IMG/VR virus record: IMGVR_UViG_3300042894_006927
Span: 15,790 to 79,789 of that record
Strand: one strand, 5' to 3'
Source of the DNA: a virus
DNA: 64,000 nucleotides
The notes under the pieces were generated by a model. That model ran no database searches and was not told where the DNA came from. It was given only the letters and a program-made list of their open reading frames with translations. Positions 45,798-56,005 of this stretch are shown in pieces. The translations under genes and the position numbers were made by a program. The first letter of the stretch is position 1. Every line of letters starts with the position of its first letter.

Positions 45798-46742
45798 ATG
45801 TTAAAAAAAGGTAGCAAAGGACAAGGAGTAAAATCCCTGCAATCATTTTTGGGAATAGATGCTGATGGCGTGTTTGGAAATGAAACTGAAAACGCTGTAA
45901 AAGAATTTCAAAAGAAATTTAATTTACGCCCCGATGGAGTTGTTGGTAAGGAAACTTTTGAAGAAATGGGAATACTAACAACCGATATTTCGGAAAATTG
46001 CGAGAACGATGATGATACAATAATTCAAAATTATTTTTTGCCCGAAAACGAGTATTTTAAAAGCGTTCAAAAAAAGAATTGGGCATTTCTTCATTACACC
46101 GCAGGGGGTTCAAACCCATTTAAAGTTGTAGATGCTTGGGCAAAGGATAATCGTGGAAGGGTGGGTACTGAATTTGTTATTGGTGGGCAATCGGTAAGCG
46201 GAAATGACACTAAATATGATGGTGTGATTGTAAGGGCTATTCCCGAAGGTGGATATGGTTGGCACTTGGGTATTGGAAACAATGAATTGCACCGAAATAG
46301 CATTGGAATCGAAATTTGCTCAATGGGGTATTTAACCAAAGGTGGCTATTGGACAAGATTAATTAGAAACGGAGAAACAAAAAGGGTTTTTATTAAAAAA
46401 AATCCCGAATCATTTTATACCTATACGGGGGTAGAAGCACACAAAAAACAAATAGTCATTTTGGAAGAACCATTTTTAGGGCATATTGCTTGGCATAGAT
46501 TCAGCGACAAACAACTTTCATCGGTACACAATGTTCTTGAATTAATCGAAAGGCGTGATGGAATTGATATTACTAAAGGGTTGCCCGAAATGATTAAAAA
46601 GTATGGTTGGAAAGCATTTGCAAATAGAAATTTGCCCTATGTAACAAGCAACTATGGTGTTTATTCACACACCAACGTAAGTGTTCAAAAACTTGATGTT
46701 TTTCCTCAACCCGAACTAATTGAAATACTGACTTCATTATGA
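45798..46742 (+). CDS. Endolysin: PGBD plus N-acetylmuramoyl-L-alanine amidase
   Basis: LKKGSKGQGVKSLQ..ADGVFG..PDGVVG; FLHYTAG, WHLG, SIGIEIC, YSHTNV..KLD. Confidence 0.85.
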   Translation: MLKKGSKGQGVKSLQSFLGIDADGVFGNETENAVKEFQKKFNLRPDGVVGKETFEEMGILTTDISENCENDDDTIIQNYFLPENEYFKSVQKKNWAFLHYTAGGSNPFKVVDAWAKDNRGRVGTEFVIGGQSVSGNDTKYDGVIVRAIPEGGYGWHLGIGNNELHRNSIGIEICSMGYLTKGGYWTRLIRNGETKRVFIKKNPESFYTYTGVEAHKKQIVILEEPFLGHIAWHRFSDKQLSSVHNVLELIERRDGIDITKGLPEMIKKYGWKAFANRNLPYVTSNYGVYSHTNVSVQKLDVFPQPELIEILTSL

Positions 46743-47326
46743 ATTGGTTAAATATACTTTCAAACCGATTTTTGCATTACGGAGTTTTGATTGCACTTTT
46801 ATTTATGGCATATCAAGGCTGCAACGAATGGAAAAATGAAGCGGAAATTCAAGAGAAAAACACCAATGAACTTTTGCGTGAAACCTCAATAAAAACAAAG
46901 CGTTTGGAACTTGACAATAAAAAATTAAGAGAGTTGTTTCCGAGTTTTTTAGATAGCATTGAAAAAGAATATAATATCAAGTCAAAAAACATTCAAAAAA
47001 TTCATTTTGTTAAATGGAGAACAAAATGGGATACATTATTAGTGCCAATCCAAATAATTAAAAACGATACAATTCCTTGCTTTGGGGAAAGGTGGGAATT
47101 AGATACATTTTGCATTAAACAAAAGTATTTTCGCCCTGCGGGAGATAGCGTTGGAAAACTTGAAATTAAAAGGGATTTTGATGTAAACATTATTGCTTAT
47201 AGAACCCGACCAAAACCTAAATTTTGGAGTTGGCTTGGGGGCAAGTGGGAACAAAATATAATTGTTACTTCGCCTTGCTTTCCCGATAGCAGTATCTTTG
47301 AAAACATTTTATTTGAAAAAAAGTAA
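46739..47326 (+). CDS. Putative spanin-like lysis protein
   Basis: N-terminal TM ending QGC, coiled coil, follows the endolysin. Confidence 0.45.
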   Translation: MNWLNILSNRFLHYGVLIALLFMAYQGCNEWKNEAEIQEKNTNELLRETSIKTKRLELDNKKLRELFPSFLDSIEKEYNIKSKNIQKIHFVKWRTKWDTLLVPIQIIKNDTIPCFGERWELDTFCIKQKYFRPAGDSVGKLEIKRDFDVNIIAYRTRPKPKFWSWLGGKWEQNIIVTSPCFPDSSIFENILFEKK

Positions 47327-47339
47327 TTAAATTAGCATT

Positions 47340-47684
47340 ATGGAAGCAAATTTCTTTCACTCACTATTGGGAAACATCGAACCAATGACATTCCTTTTAT
47401 TCCTTGTTTGGGGGATGATTGGCATTTTTGTAAACATTCTAATTCACGCTTCGGGAAGGGATGTAAGAACCGATTACTCGCCTTTGCAATTCTCTTGGAG
47501 TTACTTAATCAAGGATAATTGGAAAAGGGGTTTGCTCGGCATATTGCTTTTAATCGTTGCAATTCGTTTTTCCAATGAAATTTTAGGGGTTGAAACTACG
47601 GCTTTTGCTTCATTTTGGATTGGATTAACCTCACATAAGTTAATCAACATTTTTCGCAGATTAAGTAAGCAAAAAAGCATTTAA
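47340..47684 (+). CDS. Putative holin (3 TM)
   Basis: Three hydrophobic helices and basic C-tail, in the lysis cluster. Confidence 0.55.
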   Translation: MEANFFHSLLGNIEPMTFLLFLVWGMIGIFVNILIHASGRDVRTDYSPLQFSWSYLIKDNWKRGLLGILLLIVAIRFSNEILGVETTAFASFWIGLTSHKLINIFRRLSKQKSI

Positions 47685-47685
47685 T

Positions 47686-47946
47686 ATGCCACCAACACAA
47701 GCACAATTACTCGGACAAATACTCACAAAACTTGAAGGTCTTGAAAAGGCAATTAAGGGGGATGAATTAGGCAACGAAGGACTTGCAAAAAGGGTTACAA
47801 GATTGGAAACAAAACTTGACGACCAACAAAAGTTTTTGGAGAAAATCAAAACCACGATGTCAGTATCTTGGAAATTTGCGGGGCTTGTTGGCGGTGCAGT
47901 TGGCTCTTTAGTTTCAGTATTGGGATTCCTTTGGGGTAAAAATTAA
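47686..47946 (+). CDS. Coiled coil plus C-terminal TM (holin/XhlA-like)
   Basis: GLAKRVTRLE..WKFAGLVGGAVGSLVSVLGFLW. Confidence 0.5.
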   Translation: MPPTQAQLLGQILTKLEGLEKAIKGDELGNEGLAKRVTRLETKLDDQQKFLEKIKTTMSVSWKFAGLVGGAVGSLVSVLGFLWGKN

Positions 47947-47950
47947 AGCA

Positions 47951-48172
47951 ATGGCAAAAGGAGTAGCAGACAAAATTTATGGGGAACTGAAAAGCAAACC
48001 CGTTGAAATTCTTGCGGTAGTTTTAGGTTTGGCATCTACGGCTTTAATAACCTACAACACAATTATTGCGATGCGGGAACGCAAAAGCAGGGCAGAATTA
48101 GAGGATATTCAAAAAGAAATGACAATTCTGCAATACCAAAAACTAAAAAGTGAGATTGAGGGGAATCAATAA
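47951..48172 (+). CDS. Small membrane protein
   Basis: Single TM plus coiled coil. Confidence 0.55.
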   Translation: MAKGVADKIYGELKSKPVEILAVVLGLASTALITYNTIIAMRERKSRAELEDIQKEMTILQYQKLKSEIEGNQ

Positions 48173-48402
48173 TCCCTTAACCCAAGTTGAAATTGGGCAA
48201 GTCGGGTATCATCTTCCATACTATTAAGCCCAAGCGAAATACTTTCGCCATAACAATTACAAGTAGCATCCCCGTTGGAGTTTATTCCAAACGAGATAAA
48301 ACCCGCAGAAATTGGGTTAAAATGCCTAAATGATGAATGTGCTAATGAGGGGGTAAAAACAATGATTTCATCGTTTTGGGTGCGAACATATTTTGCTCTC
48401 AT
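48166..48402 (-). CDS. Conserved phage hypothetical protein
   Basis: IIVF..HS..PISAGF..CYGESISLGL motif recalled from phage small proteins. Confidence 0.6.
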   Translation of the reverse strand: MRAKYVRTQNDEIIVFTPSLAHSSFRHFNPISAGFISFGINSNGDATCNCYGESISLGLNSMEDDTRLAQFQLGLRDY

Positions 48403-49068
48403 TCAACCTATGTTTAAATCGGTTTCAATTATGTCTAAAGCCCCATCTCTGCCTACAATTTTTGCGATGTAGGAACGGGTAGTTGGGTTTACCGAATCGG
48501 CAAGTGCTTTGGGCGTTGCATAGTTTCCAAGTCGGGCTTTTTTCCCCGTATCTCCATACGCCCCTGCGTTGTAAACTGCAATAACCCTATCAAGGCGTAG
48601 TTTACTGCCTTCTTTTGCCCAATCGTTGTCAATAAGTTGACCTAACACGATGCTTCCAATAAGAATGTTTAATTCGGGCTTTAATTGGTCTGCGTTGGTA
48701 ATTGTACGGGTTTTGCCATTGGCATCAAATTTAATCCCAAAATCAGCCAATTTGCTGCGTTCTGCGGGTGTCATTCTACCCTTTTCAAGTTCCCGTTCAA
48801 GTTGGGCTTTTGCGTACTCTCTATTCCATTGCATTAGCCCTTGAGTGATATGCCCTGCACTTCCCGCATCCGCTTTCCCGCCACTTTCAACGGCTATAAA
48901 TGCCGTAATTACCTTTGGCGGTATTTTTGAATTAAGCGAAGCGAATTTTATGTATGAGCCATAGTTTGACCAAATCCGTTGAAGCATTGATTTAATCTGA
49001 CTTCTGCTGCCCCAATTTGAAGGCGAAGCCAATCCCGTAGCGGGAACATCAACATAAAGAGTTGCCAT
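48403..49068 (-). CDS. Soluble lytic transglycosylase (SLT) domain protein
   Basis: FIAVESGG, GLMQ, PELNILIG, AVYNAG. Confidence 0.85.
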   Translation of the reverse strand: MATLYVDVPATGLASPSNWGSRSQIKSMLQRIWSNYGSYIKFASLNSKIPPKVITAFIAVESGGKADAGSAGHITQGLMQWNREYAKAQLERELEKGRMTPAERSKLADFGIKFDANGKTRTITNADQLKPELNILIGSIVLGQLIDNDWAKEGSKLRLDRVIAVYNAGAYGDTGKKARLGNYATPKALADSVNPTTRSYIAKIVGRDGALDIIETDLNIG

Positions 49069-49217
49069 TATTGAGTGCGAATTTTAATTCTACGATTGTT
49101 TTTTTGCGGGTCGGGGGAAACAAAGTTTTTAGCCCAATACCAATATGAGGTTGCGATAGCACCTATCGAAGCAAGTGTGATAGTAACCCAAAGAATAACC
49201 ATTTGCCGTTTTTCCAT
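49068..49217 (-). CDS. Small single-TM protein (49 aa, not in the ORF track)
   Basis: MEKRQMVILWVTITLASIGAIATSYWYWAK..RTQ*; TAATG-coupled to the SLT gene. Confidence 0.65.
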   Translation of the reverse strand: MEKRQMVILWVTITLASIGAIATSYWYWAKNFVSPDPQKNNRRIKIRTQ

Positions 49218-49236
49218 AAAATCGTTTTAAACGAAA

Positions 49237-49431
49237 TTACGGATTTTTTTGGCTTGGTCGGTATATTGATTCCTCACGCTTTTGCAAAAATTCATCGCAA
49301 TAGTCGTTCATTATGAACTCAATAAAACTCGTTGAAGATTGCCTTCTAATTTTAGCAACCTTTTGAATTTTCTCGTATATTTCTTTGTCAAAACGAAATG
49401 TGGTCGTTTTCTTTTCTACTTGCTCTGCCAT
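49237..49431 (-). CDS. Ribbon-helix-helix (Arc-like) regulator
   Basis: KTTTFRFDKEIYEKIQKVAKIRRQSSTSFIEFIM. Confidence 0.7.
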   Translation of the reverse strand: MAEQVEKKTTTFRFDKEIYEKIQKVAKIRRQSSTSFIEFIMNDYCDEFLQKREESIYRPSQKNP

Positions 49432-49433
49432 AA

Positions 49434-49709
49434 TCAAATTGCCAAATTGTTTTTATCTACAAAATTTACATAATGGGTATGCCCTTTAAACACTATCAGA
49501 TACCCCATTCTATACCTTACCTTATAGCCATAAGGATTTTCATTTAGCCATTCCTCTATTTGATTTTTTGACTTAAATCCAACATCGAAATTAGGCAGGG
49601 GCAATTTTAAATGCCCCGTAAAGTTTAAAAAATACTTGTTGCCTTTTTGCTTGTACCCACAATCAAAAATGCTTCCAAAACCTATTGGGTCGTTAAACGC
49701 ATCAGTCAT
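49434..49709 (-). CDS. Hypothetical protein
   Basis: ATG at 49709 (MTDAF..) in leftward operon. Confidence 0.5.
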   Translation of the reverse strand: MTDAFNDPIGFGSIFDCGYKQKGNKYFLNFTGHLKLPLPNFDVGFKSKNQIEEWLNENPYGYKVRYRMGYLIVFKGHTHYVNFVDKNNLAI

Positions 49710-49986
49710 AGGATTCTTTTTTAATTTCAATGAAAATTCGGTATGCCCTTTCAATTATTTTAGCCGAAAAACTTGGCTCAAAACCTTTTGAAAAAAGTTT
49801 GTTTAACCACTTGTTTTCCACTCTTGAATCGGGGAATCCCTTTCCAATCATTAAATCGGTTTCATATACCCTCTCGTAGAAAGAATCTGAAAACGCTTCA
49901 ATCACCATTTCATAATACGGAGTAAAGGCATCTTCGGGTTCGGTTGTCAAGTATCTATCAAGCGATTTTTGAAAGTCGGTCAGCAT
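49702..49986 (-). CDS. Hypothetical protein
   Basis: First gene after the promoter at 50004-50035. Confidence 0.6.
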   Translation of the reverse strand: MLTDFQKSLDRYLTTEPEDAFTPYYEMVIEAFSDSFYERVYETDLMIGKGFPDSRVENKWLNKLFSKGFEPSFSAKIIERAYRIFIEIKKESYD

Positions 49987-50003
49987 ATTTTTGGTTTATA
50001 TTG

Positions 50004-50035
50004 CAAATGTAAATACAATGCAAATAAATTGCAAC
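50004..50035 (-). promoter_or_regulatory. Bacteroidota sigma-70 promoter
   Basis: Minus strand GTTG-N20-TACATTTG. Confidence 0.6.
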
Positions 50036-50998
50036 TTATTTTTTCCTCCAAATTTCATTTGTAAGGAAATGAGTAACAACATAATGAATACCTGCGTGTA
50101 GTGGCGTATTTATTGGCTTTTTAATCAGCGAATAAAGTCGGGAACAATCAAGTATTTTGCGTTCAACTCCGTTGCTAACTTCTCCGTTGAAAATGATTTC
50201 TCCATCAAACTCCAAAGATTCTGCAATCATATCTGCCAAAAAAGAAATAGTAACTTCTTCTCCCGTACCAATGTTCAAGGGCTTCAATGCCGTTGTCCAA
50301 TCTACAAGTTCTGATTTTGCAAGTTCTATTAAAATGTTCGCAAGATTAACCGAAAAAATAAACTCCCGTTTTGGCGTTCCCGTACCCCACAACTCAACCG
50401 ATTTTGTGCCTTGCGTTTTGGCTATGCTGATTTTTCGGATGATTGAAGGAATAACGTGGGAATGTTCCGAGTGAAAAGCATCTTTAAACCCGTAAATGTT
50501 GCAGGGAATTACGGGCAAAAAAACTCTTTCCTCTTGTCTTGAAATTGACATACACGCTTGAACACCCGTAAGTTTTGCAAGTGCATAAGGTCTATTGCTT
50601 TCGTGGATATTTGTGTTGAAAAGCAGATTTTCATTCATTGGTTGGGCGGCATCTTGCGGATAAATACAAGACGAGCCAATAAAGAAAAACTTTTTCACGG
50701 ATTTGGTTTGCTGACAAGCCCTTATGATGTTGTTTTGCATAACCAAATTGTTCATTAGAAACTCATACTGATAAATCGAATTTGCACCAATACCGCCAAC
50801 CATAGCAGCACAATGAAAAACAATTTCGGGTTTCATTCTTTGTATGAATCTAAAAGTTTTTTGTTCATTCAGAAGGTCAAAGGTTTTTGAATTTGCTGAA
50901 ATCACTCGCTTGAAGCCCCTGCCCTTTAACTGCGATACCAATTCATCACCGAGAAGCCCCGTGCCACCCGTAACTAAAATGCTTGTAGATTCGTTCAT
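50036..50998 (-). CDS. fcl: GDP-L-fucose synthase
   Basis: ILVTGGTGLLG, AAMVGGIGAN, GSSCIYP, YALAK, PCNIYG, HVIP, WGTGTPKREF. Confidence 0.9.
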   Translation of the reverse strand: MNESTSILVTGGTGLLGDELVSQLKGRGFKRVISANSKTFDLLNEQKTFRFIQRMKPEIVFHCAAMVGGIGANSIYQYEFLMNNLVMQNNIIRACQQTKSVKKFFFIGSSCIYPQDAAQPMNENLLFNTNIHESNRPYALAKLTGVQACMSISRQEERVFLPVIPCNIYGFKDAFHSEHSHVIPSIIRKISIAKTQGTKSVELWGTGTPKREFIFSVNLANILIELAKSELVDWTTALKPLNIGTGEEVTISFLADMIAESLEFDGEIIFNGEVSNGVERKILDCSRLYSLIKKPINTPLHAGIHYVVTHFLTNEIWRKK

Positions 50999-51456
50999 TT
51001 TTTTGGATTGTTTACAATAATGGGCGTTGAAAAAATGTAGTGGTCAGTACCAAATGCTTTTTTCAATTTGTCGAAAAATCCCAATTCCCAACTTCCATCT
51101 TCCCGCTTTTTCCTTTCATTGTCAATTCGGATAAGCGTTAATTCGGGGTAGTATTTTTTGAACCGATTTACCCTTGTAATTGACTTGGCATCCCAATCGC
51201 CTTTTATCTCAACATATTGGGTTTTAATTTCCTCGCCAACCTTGATTTTTATAGTGAAATCAAGTTTTGTGTTTGTAGTTCCCCTTTTTATCCCTTCAAA
51301 ATAAAAAACGGGGCTTTCATATTCCCAATCCTCAATTTTGCCATTTTCTTTTGCCAACTGCAAATATCTTGCATACCACAATTCATAAAATGATTTGAAA
51401 TAGCAAGTTTTATCCCCAACAACAACCCAACCTCTAAAATTACTTTGCCTTCCCAT
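50995..51456 (-). CDS. PD-(D/E)XK endonuclease (DUF1064/TnsA-N-like)
   Basis: FKSFYE..WEYE..LDF..YVEIKG. Confidence 0.7.
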   Translation of the reverse strand: MGRQSNFRGWVVVGDKTCYFKSFYELWYARYLQLAKENGKIEDWEYESPVFYFEGIKRGTTNTKLDFTIKIKVGEEIKTQYVEIKGDWDAKSITRVNRFKKYYPELTLIRIDNERKKREDGSWELGFFDKLKKAFGTDHYIFSTPIIVNNPKK

Positions 51457-51688
51457 TTTTGATTAAATCAATGAAATCTTGAGAGAAAAAATGAAATCCA
51501 TAAAACAATACAACCCCATCGAAATCAACATAAAATGTTGTTTCAAAAAAGCCCTCATAAATGACTTCAATTTCGTACCATAACTGCGACTTATGAATTG
51601 AAAAATCAATGGCAGGAGTATTTAACCTTCTGCGTAACGAAAGTTCAGCATAAAACTCACTTATGTATTTGTGCGAGTAATTCTTCAT
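51440..51688 (-). CDS. Hypothetical protein
   Basis: ATG at 51688; fills the gap in the operon. Confidence 0.45.
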   Translation of the reverse strand: MKNYSHKYISEFYAELSLRRRLNTPAIDFSIHKSQLWYEIEVIYEGFFETTFYVDFDGVVLFYGFHFFSQDFIDLIKNGKAK

Positions 51689-52394
51689 CTTCTTTTTTGG
51701 TTTCTGCCCAATCTGAATTTTCGTGTCTGCAAACAATACTTGTATCAACAACGGGGTCTATTCCCCGAAAATAAAGGTCTTGGTAAAAAAAGGTGTCGGA
51801 ATGGTGTTCCATATTCTTTTCAAAACGAAAAGAAACAAAATTGAAAACACGCATATCAATTAAAGCACAACCTATGCCTTGACCGAAATTGTATTTTGCC
51901 TTTCCATCCATAAAAAGTAAACTTTCAGCGTACTCTCTATTCCGATGTCGAATATGCCCCGTAATATCTTCCTCAATCGTGATTAAAAGCGGTTTTCTTT
52001 TTACTCCATCCATAAAAGGATAAACACCACACGCAATCGGGCTTTTGTGAGCAAGTAAAAGTTCTATAACATTTTTAGGCGGGAAAACATCGCACTCAAT
52101 ACTCATAAAGTATTCAGCCCCAAACAATTTTGCTTCTGAAACCAAAATGTTTTGAGAATGTGTAATATACATTACCGAAGTAAGATTTTTAGGGGAAAAA
52201 TGCCTAATGCTACTTATTTCGGGATATTGTCTTTTCAATCTTGAAAAAAGGTCTTTTTGGGGAGAATTGTCCACCAAAATAATGACAAAATTAGGATAGG
52301 TAAGTTGAAAAATGTGTTTCAGCCATTTATCAATTACATATTCTTTTTTGTCGGAAATAGGGGCTACTACGGCAACAAGTGGATTTTCTACCAT
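51657..52394 (-). CDS. GT2-family glycosyltransferase
   Basis: VAVVAP, LTYPN..ILVDNS, SIECDV, GIGCALI, HSDTFF, CRH. Confidence 0.8.
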   Translation of the reverse strand: MVENPLVAVVAPISDKKEYVIDKWLKHIFQLTYPNFVIILVDNSPQKDLFSRLKRQYPEISSIRHFSPKNLTSVMYITHSQNILVSEAKLFGAEYFMSIECDVFPPKNVIELLLAHKSPIACGVYPFMDGVKRKPLLITIEEDITGHIRHRNREYAESLLFMDGKAKYNFGQGIGCALIDMRVFNFVSFRFEKNMEHHSDTFFYQDLYFRGIDPVVDTSIVCRHENSDWAETKKEDEELLAQIHK

Positions 52395-52609
52395 ATAAAA
52401 CGCATATCGTGAACGCTATAAACATTTTTGCCTACAACCCAAGCAATACCTTGAATAAGCCCTGCCTTTTCTCTTGCTTCCCATTTGGTGCGAAATTCCC
52501 TCGCATTAGTCCAAAAAGGGGGAAATTCACCAACAATAACTTGCGGTGGCAGAGAAAGGTAGTGTTCCTTTTCCTCTTGTGTAGGGTATCTATTCGGCTT
52601 TTTAGGCAT
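52388..52609 (-). CDS. Hypothetical protein
   Basis: ATG at 52609, immediately downstream of a promoter. Confidence 0.5.
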   Translation of the reverse strand: MPKKPNRYPTQEEKEHYLSLPPQVIVGEFPPFWTNAREFRTKWEAREKAGLIQGIAWVVGKNVYSVHDMRFIW

Positions 52610-52612
52610 ACA

Positions 52613-52644
52613 CAAATTTATTTATTATTTAATTACAATGCAAA
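52613..52644 (-). promoter_or_regulatory. Bacteroidota sigma-70 promoter
   Basis: Minus strand TTTG-N20-TAAATTTG, exact consensus. Confidence 0.75.
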
Positions 52645-52650
52645 TAAAAT

Positions 52651-52680
52651 ATGTGCTGATGTATGCTGATATGTGCTATT
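52651..52680. repeat. Three 10-bp direct repeats
   Basis: ATGTGCTGAT GTATGCTGAT ATGTGCTATT. Confidence 0.6.
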
Positions 52681-52688
52681 GTCTGCGT

Positions 52689-53306
52689 TTATATGCTTTT
52701 TTTAGGGATTTTCATATTGTCAAGCAATGCGAAATTTATGTTCGGTTTCCTTGCCCAATCATCGTTGTTGTCAATAGGTCTATCACTTGGCACTAAACTT
52801 TGACTTGGATAAACAATTACATTTTTCAAATTATATTTTTCGATTAAATCGTCTTGTTTGCCCCCGTAACTTGCAGTAAGAATTAAGTTTTTAGGGATAT
52901 TTCCCAACCTATTTACCCAATAATTTAATGACTTTGTATAAGCCCACATTTCAACCGAAGGATTTTTCCTCGCAAGTTCCAACCAAAGGTCAAAGTATTT
53001 TTGATTAAAAAAATCTCCCGAAGCGTGTATTCGTATTGCCTTGCAATCTTTTGGTATTTGTGGCTCACCCCCATTTTTTACCAATTCAAAATTTTTCCAC
53101 CTATGCTCTCTAACCGCAGGGAATCTCTCGGCACTTGCAGCGTAACACCTATAAGCACCTTTTGTTACATCAAACTTACCGCTTATTCTATCAACAACAA
53201 CTTTACACTCCATAGCAAAGGGGCAGGTAGTTCCCGTTGGTAGATTCCACTCGTACACAATACCCGAATAGTATTTCTTGTTTTTAACAAACTTTCCAAT
53301 GCTCAT
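52689..53306 (-). CDS. GP88-like protein (radical-SAM-related phage family)
   Basis: WNLPTGTTCP..C..CYA, RIHASGDF, WAYTK. Confidence 0.7.
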   Translation of the reverse strand: MSIGKFVKNKKYYSGIVYEWNLPTGTTCPFAMECKVVVDRISGKFDVTKGAYRCYAASAERFPAVREHRWKNFELVKNGGEPQIPKDCKAIRIHASGDFFNQKYFDLWLELARKNPSVEMWAYTKSLNYWVNRLGNIPKNLILTASYGGKQDDLIEKYNLKNVIVYPSQSLVPSDRPIDNNDDWARKPNINFALLDNMKIPKKSI

Positions 53307-53349
53307 ATTCAGAGATTATTTTGATAAAATAAATTTACAAAGTTTCCGA

Positions 53350-54121
<772 letters not shown>

Positions 54122-54124
54122 ATT

Positions 54125-54739
54125 TTACTTAATGCAGTTTGCCAAACTTCTTAACGCTATTCCATCGACATCAAAAACTTCATACCTTCTTGAAAATTCC
54201 AATTTTATTTTCGTTGCGACCTTGCTACAAAGTATGTTTAAGTCGTCTTGGCTATGAATAAGAAATCCGCTTTGAACTTGGTATAAATACTCCCCCTTCT
54301 TATCTCCAAATTTACTTGAAATGGCATTGCAGGTTACACTTGTTCCATCTTCAAACAAAATAATCATATCTGCATCTTTTGAAATGTACCCATAAATGTC
54401 TGAAAACTTGCTCGTTTTAATAAGAATTGTAAAATAAATTGCCAATGTGGTATTTATCCTTCTCATTTGCACAAAGCCGCTTTCGTAATTTTCGGAAATT
54501 AGCCTATTGTCAACAACTAAATCCTTGCTGAAAAAGGGTTTGGTGTCGGTAAATTGATATAAATGCCCATCAAATTCATCTTTTTCGTTTTTTTCGTAGG
54601 TGCAATCCCCAACTGCTATTGGCGTTTCGGGTTCAGCATACTCCCAAGTTCCGTTGTTTTTGATAACAATTTTTCGACCATTGTGTGTTTGGGCAATCAT
54701 ACTACCCGCAAAAAGAAATAAGAAAAGAATGTGTTTCAT
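54125..54739 (-). CDS. Secreted protein with signal peptide
   Basis: MKHILFLFLFAGSMIAQ signal; GRKIVIKNNGTWEY; own promoter. Confidence 0.65.
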   Translation of the reverse strand: MKHILFLFLFAGSMIAQTHNGRKIVIKNNGTWEYAEPETPIAVGDCTYEKNEKDEFDGHLYQFTDTKPFFSKDLVVDNRLISENYESGFVQMRRINTTLAIYFTILIKTSKFSDIYGYISKDADMIILFEDGTSVTCNAISSKFGDKKGEYLYQVQSGFLIHSQDDLNILCSKVATKIKLEFSRRYEVFDVDGIALRSLANCIK

Positions 54740-54763
54740 AAAAAAATGATTTTGTTTGTTGAG

Positions 54764-54795
54764 CAAATGTATGTACGGAATAAATACTATGCAAA
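54764..54795 (-). promoter_or_regulatory. Bacteroidota sigma-70 promoter
   Basis: Minus strand TTTG-N20-TACATTTG. Confidence 0.75.
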
Positions 54796-54804
54796 TAATT
54801 AAAG

Positions 54805-55419
54805 TTAAGGAATGTTAATGTTGGAGAGTTTCCTTCCAATTACTACTCCTTCGGAATTAAGAACATCAACGATTTTGGTGTTTGGAACAAATGTTAATGC
54901 TTCGGCAACGCTTTCCCCTTGTTGAGTTGTTACTTGCACCACGCAACCAATAGAAGGAATTTCCATTGCTTTTGTGGACTTCATCCAACCTTCGGATTTA
55001 GACCACGCTTTAGAAATTAACTTAAAGGTGTCGCCATCGCCCCAAAATTGAATGTCCGAAACATTTTTTTTAGCACCATTGGAATCGGTGTTTTCAAAGG
55101 TTTTTTTACTTTTTTCTTTTCGGCTTCTCCACTCTGCTTTAAGGTCGGCTCTATTTCCCCAATAAATATACCCGTTAATCGTCTGCAAGTTGCCTAAATT
55201 TTGAACTTGGCTATTTCTGAAATACGCATTACCACAAATTTTTTGCAATTTGCCTAAACTTTGGATTTGACTATCTTGAAAAAACGCATAACCTCTTATT
55301 TCCAACAAAACGCCCAAATCGTTTATGCTCTGAAACTCCGAGAAATCGGCATTGCCATCAATGATTTCGGTTGTTTTTGGGTCAAAATCTTTTAGGTTGG
55401 TAATAATTTTCTTGCTCAT
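54805..55419 (-). CDS. Fusion of short LRR-like repeats and a conserved phage domain
   Basis: LGxLxxIxGxAxF repeats; EGWMKSTKAMEI..GCVVQVTTQQ..VAEALTFVP. Confidence 0.6.
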   Translation of the reverse strand: MSKKIITNLKDFDPKTTEIIDGNADFSEFQSINDLGVLLEIRGYAFFQDSQIQSLGKLQKICGNAYFRNSQVQNLGNLQTINGYIYWGNRADLKAEWRSRKEKSKKTFENTDSNGAKKNVSDIQFWGDGDTFKLISKAWSKSEGWMKSTKAMEIPSIGCVVQVTTQQGESVAEALTFVPNTKIVDVLNSEGVVIGRKLSNINIP

Positions 55420-55448
55420 TTGTTTTAATTTTTATTGGTTAAAATTGA

Positions 55449-55673
55449 TTAGGTTAAAATTTTTGGAGTTAGGTGTAAGCCACAACGGGGGCATACTTGA
55501 ACGCTATTCCTTTCCGCATAACGCTTTACCGCCAAAATCATTCCTGCTTTTATTTTAAGAGAATCCTCGTCTTGTTTTTTTTGGAAGGTTTCTCTGATTT
55601 CATTTTCGGAAACATTGGGATTGGTTTCGGCAAATGCGGAAATAATTATTTCAAGAATTTCATTTTCACTCAT
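55449..55673 (-). CDS. Hypothetical protein with CxxC
   Basis: VCPRCG near the C-terminus. Confidence 0.5.
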   Translation of the reverse strand: MSENEILEIIISAFAETNPNVSENEIRETFQKKQDEDSLKIKAGMILAVKRYAERNSVQVCPRCGLHLTPKILT

Positions 55674-55939
55674 TTCCCGAATTTTACGAATCTGCCCGTT
55701 TTGGAATCACGAACAAGAGAGTTTTTTTGCAGTTTTTCTAATTGCTTAATTAACACCAAATTTTCATTTCGTAGTCGGGAAATTTCAACTTGAAAATCTT
55801 GTACTTTTTGGTTTGCTTTTTGCAGGGCATCGTAGGTTTTTTCCGCAGTTTCCTTTTCGTAGTCAACACGAAGGGTAAACCACATCGCTAATGCGAAAGT
55901 GATAATTGCAAAAATGGAAATGACAATAAAGTTGCTCAT
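55670..55939 (-). CDS. Membrane-anchored coiled-coil protein
   Basis: N-terminal TM; C-terminal RDSKTGRFVK motif. Confidence 0.6.
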   Translation of the reverse strand: MSNFIVISIFAIITFALAMWFTLRVDYEKETAEKTYDALQKANQKVQDFQVEISRLRNENLVLIKQLEKLQKNSLVRDSKTGRFVKFGK

Positions 55940-55965
55940 AACTAAAGGGTTTTTGATTTATGCTT

Positions 55966-55997
55966 CAAATATATTTACAATGTATTTAATATGCAAA
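55966..55997 (-). promoter_or_regulatory. Bacteroidota sigma-70 promoter
   Basis: Minus strand TTTG-N20-TATATTTG. Confidence 0.75.
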
Positions 55998-56005
55998 TAA
56001 AAGGT

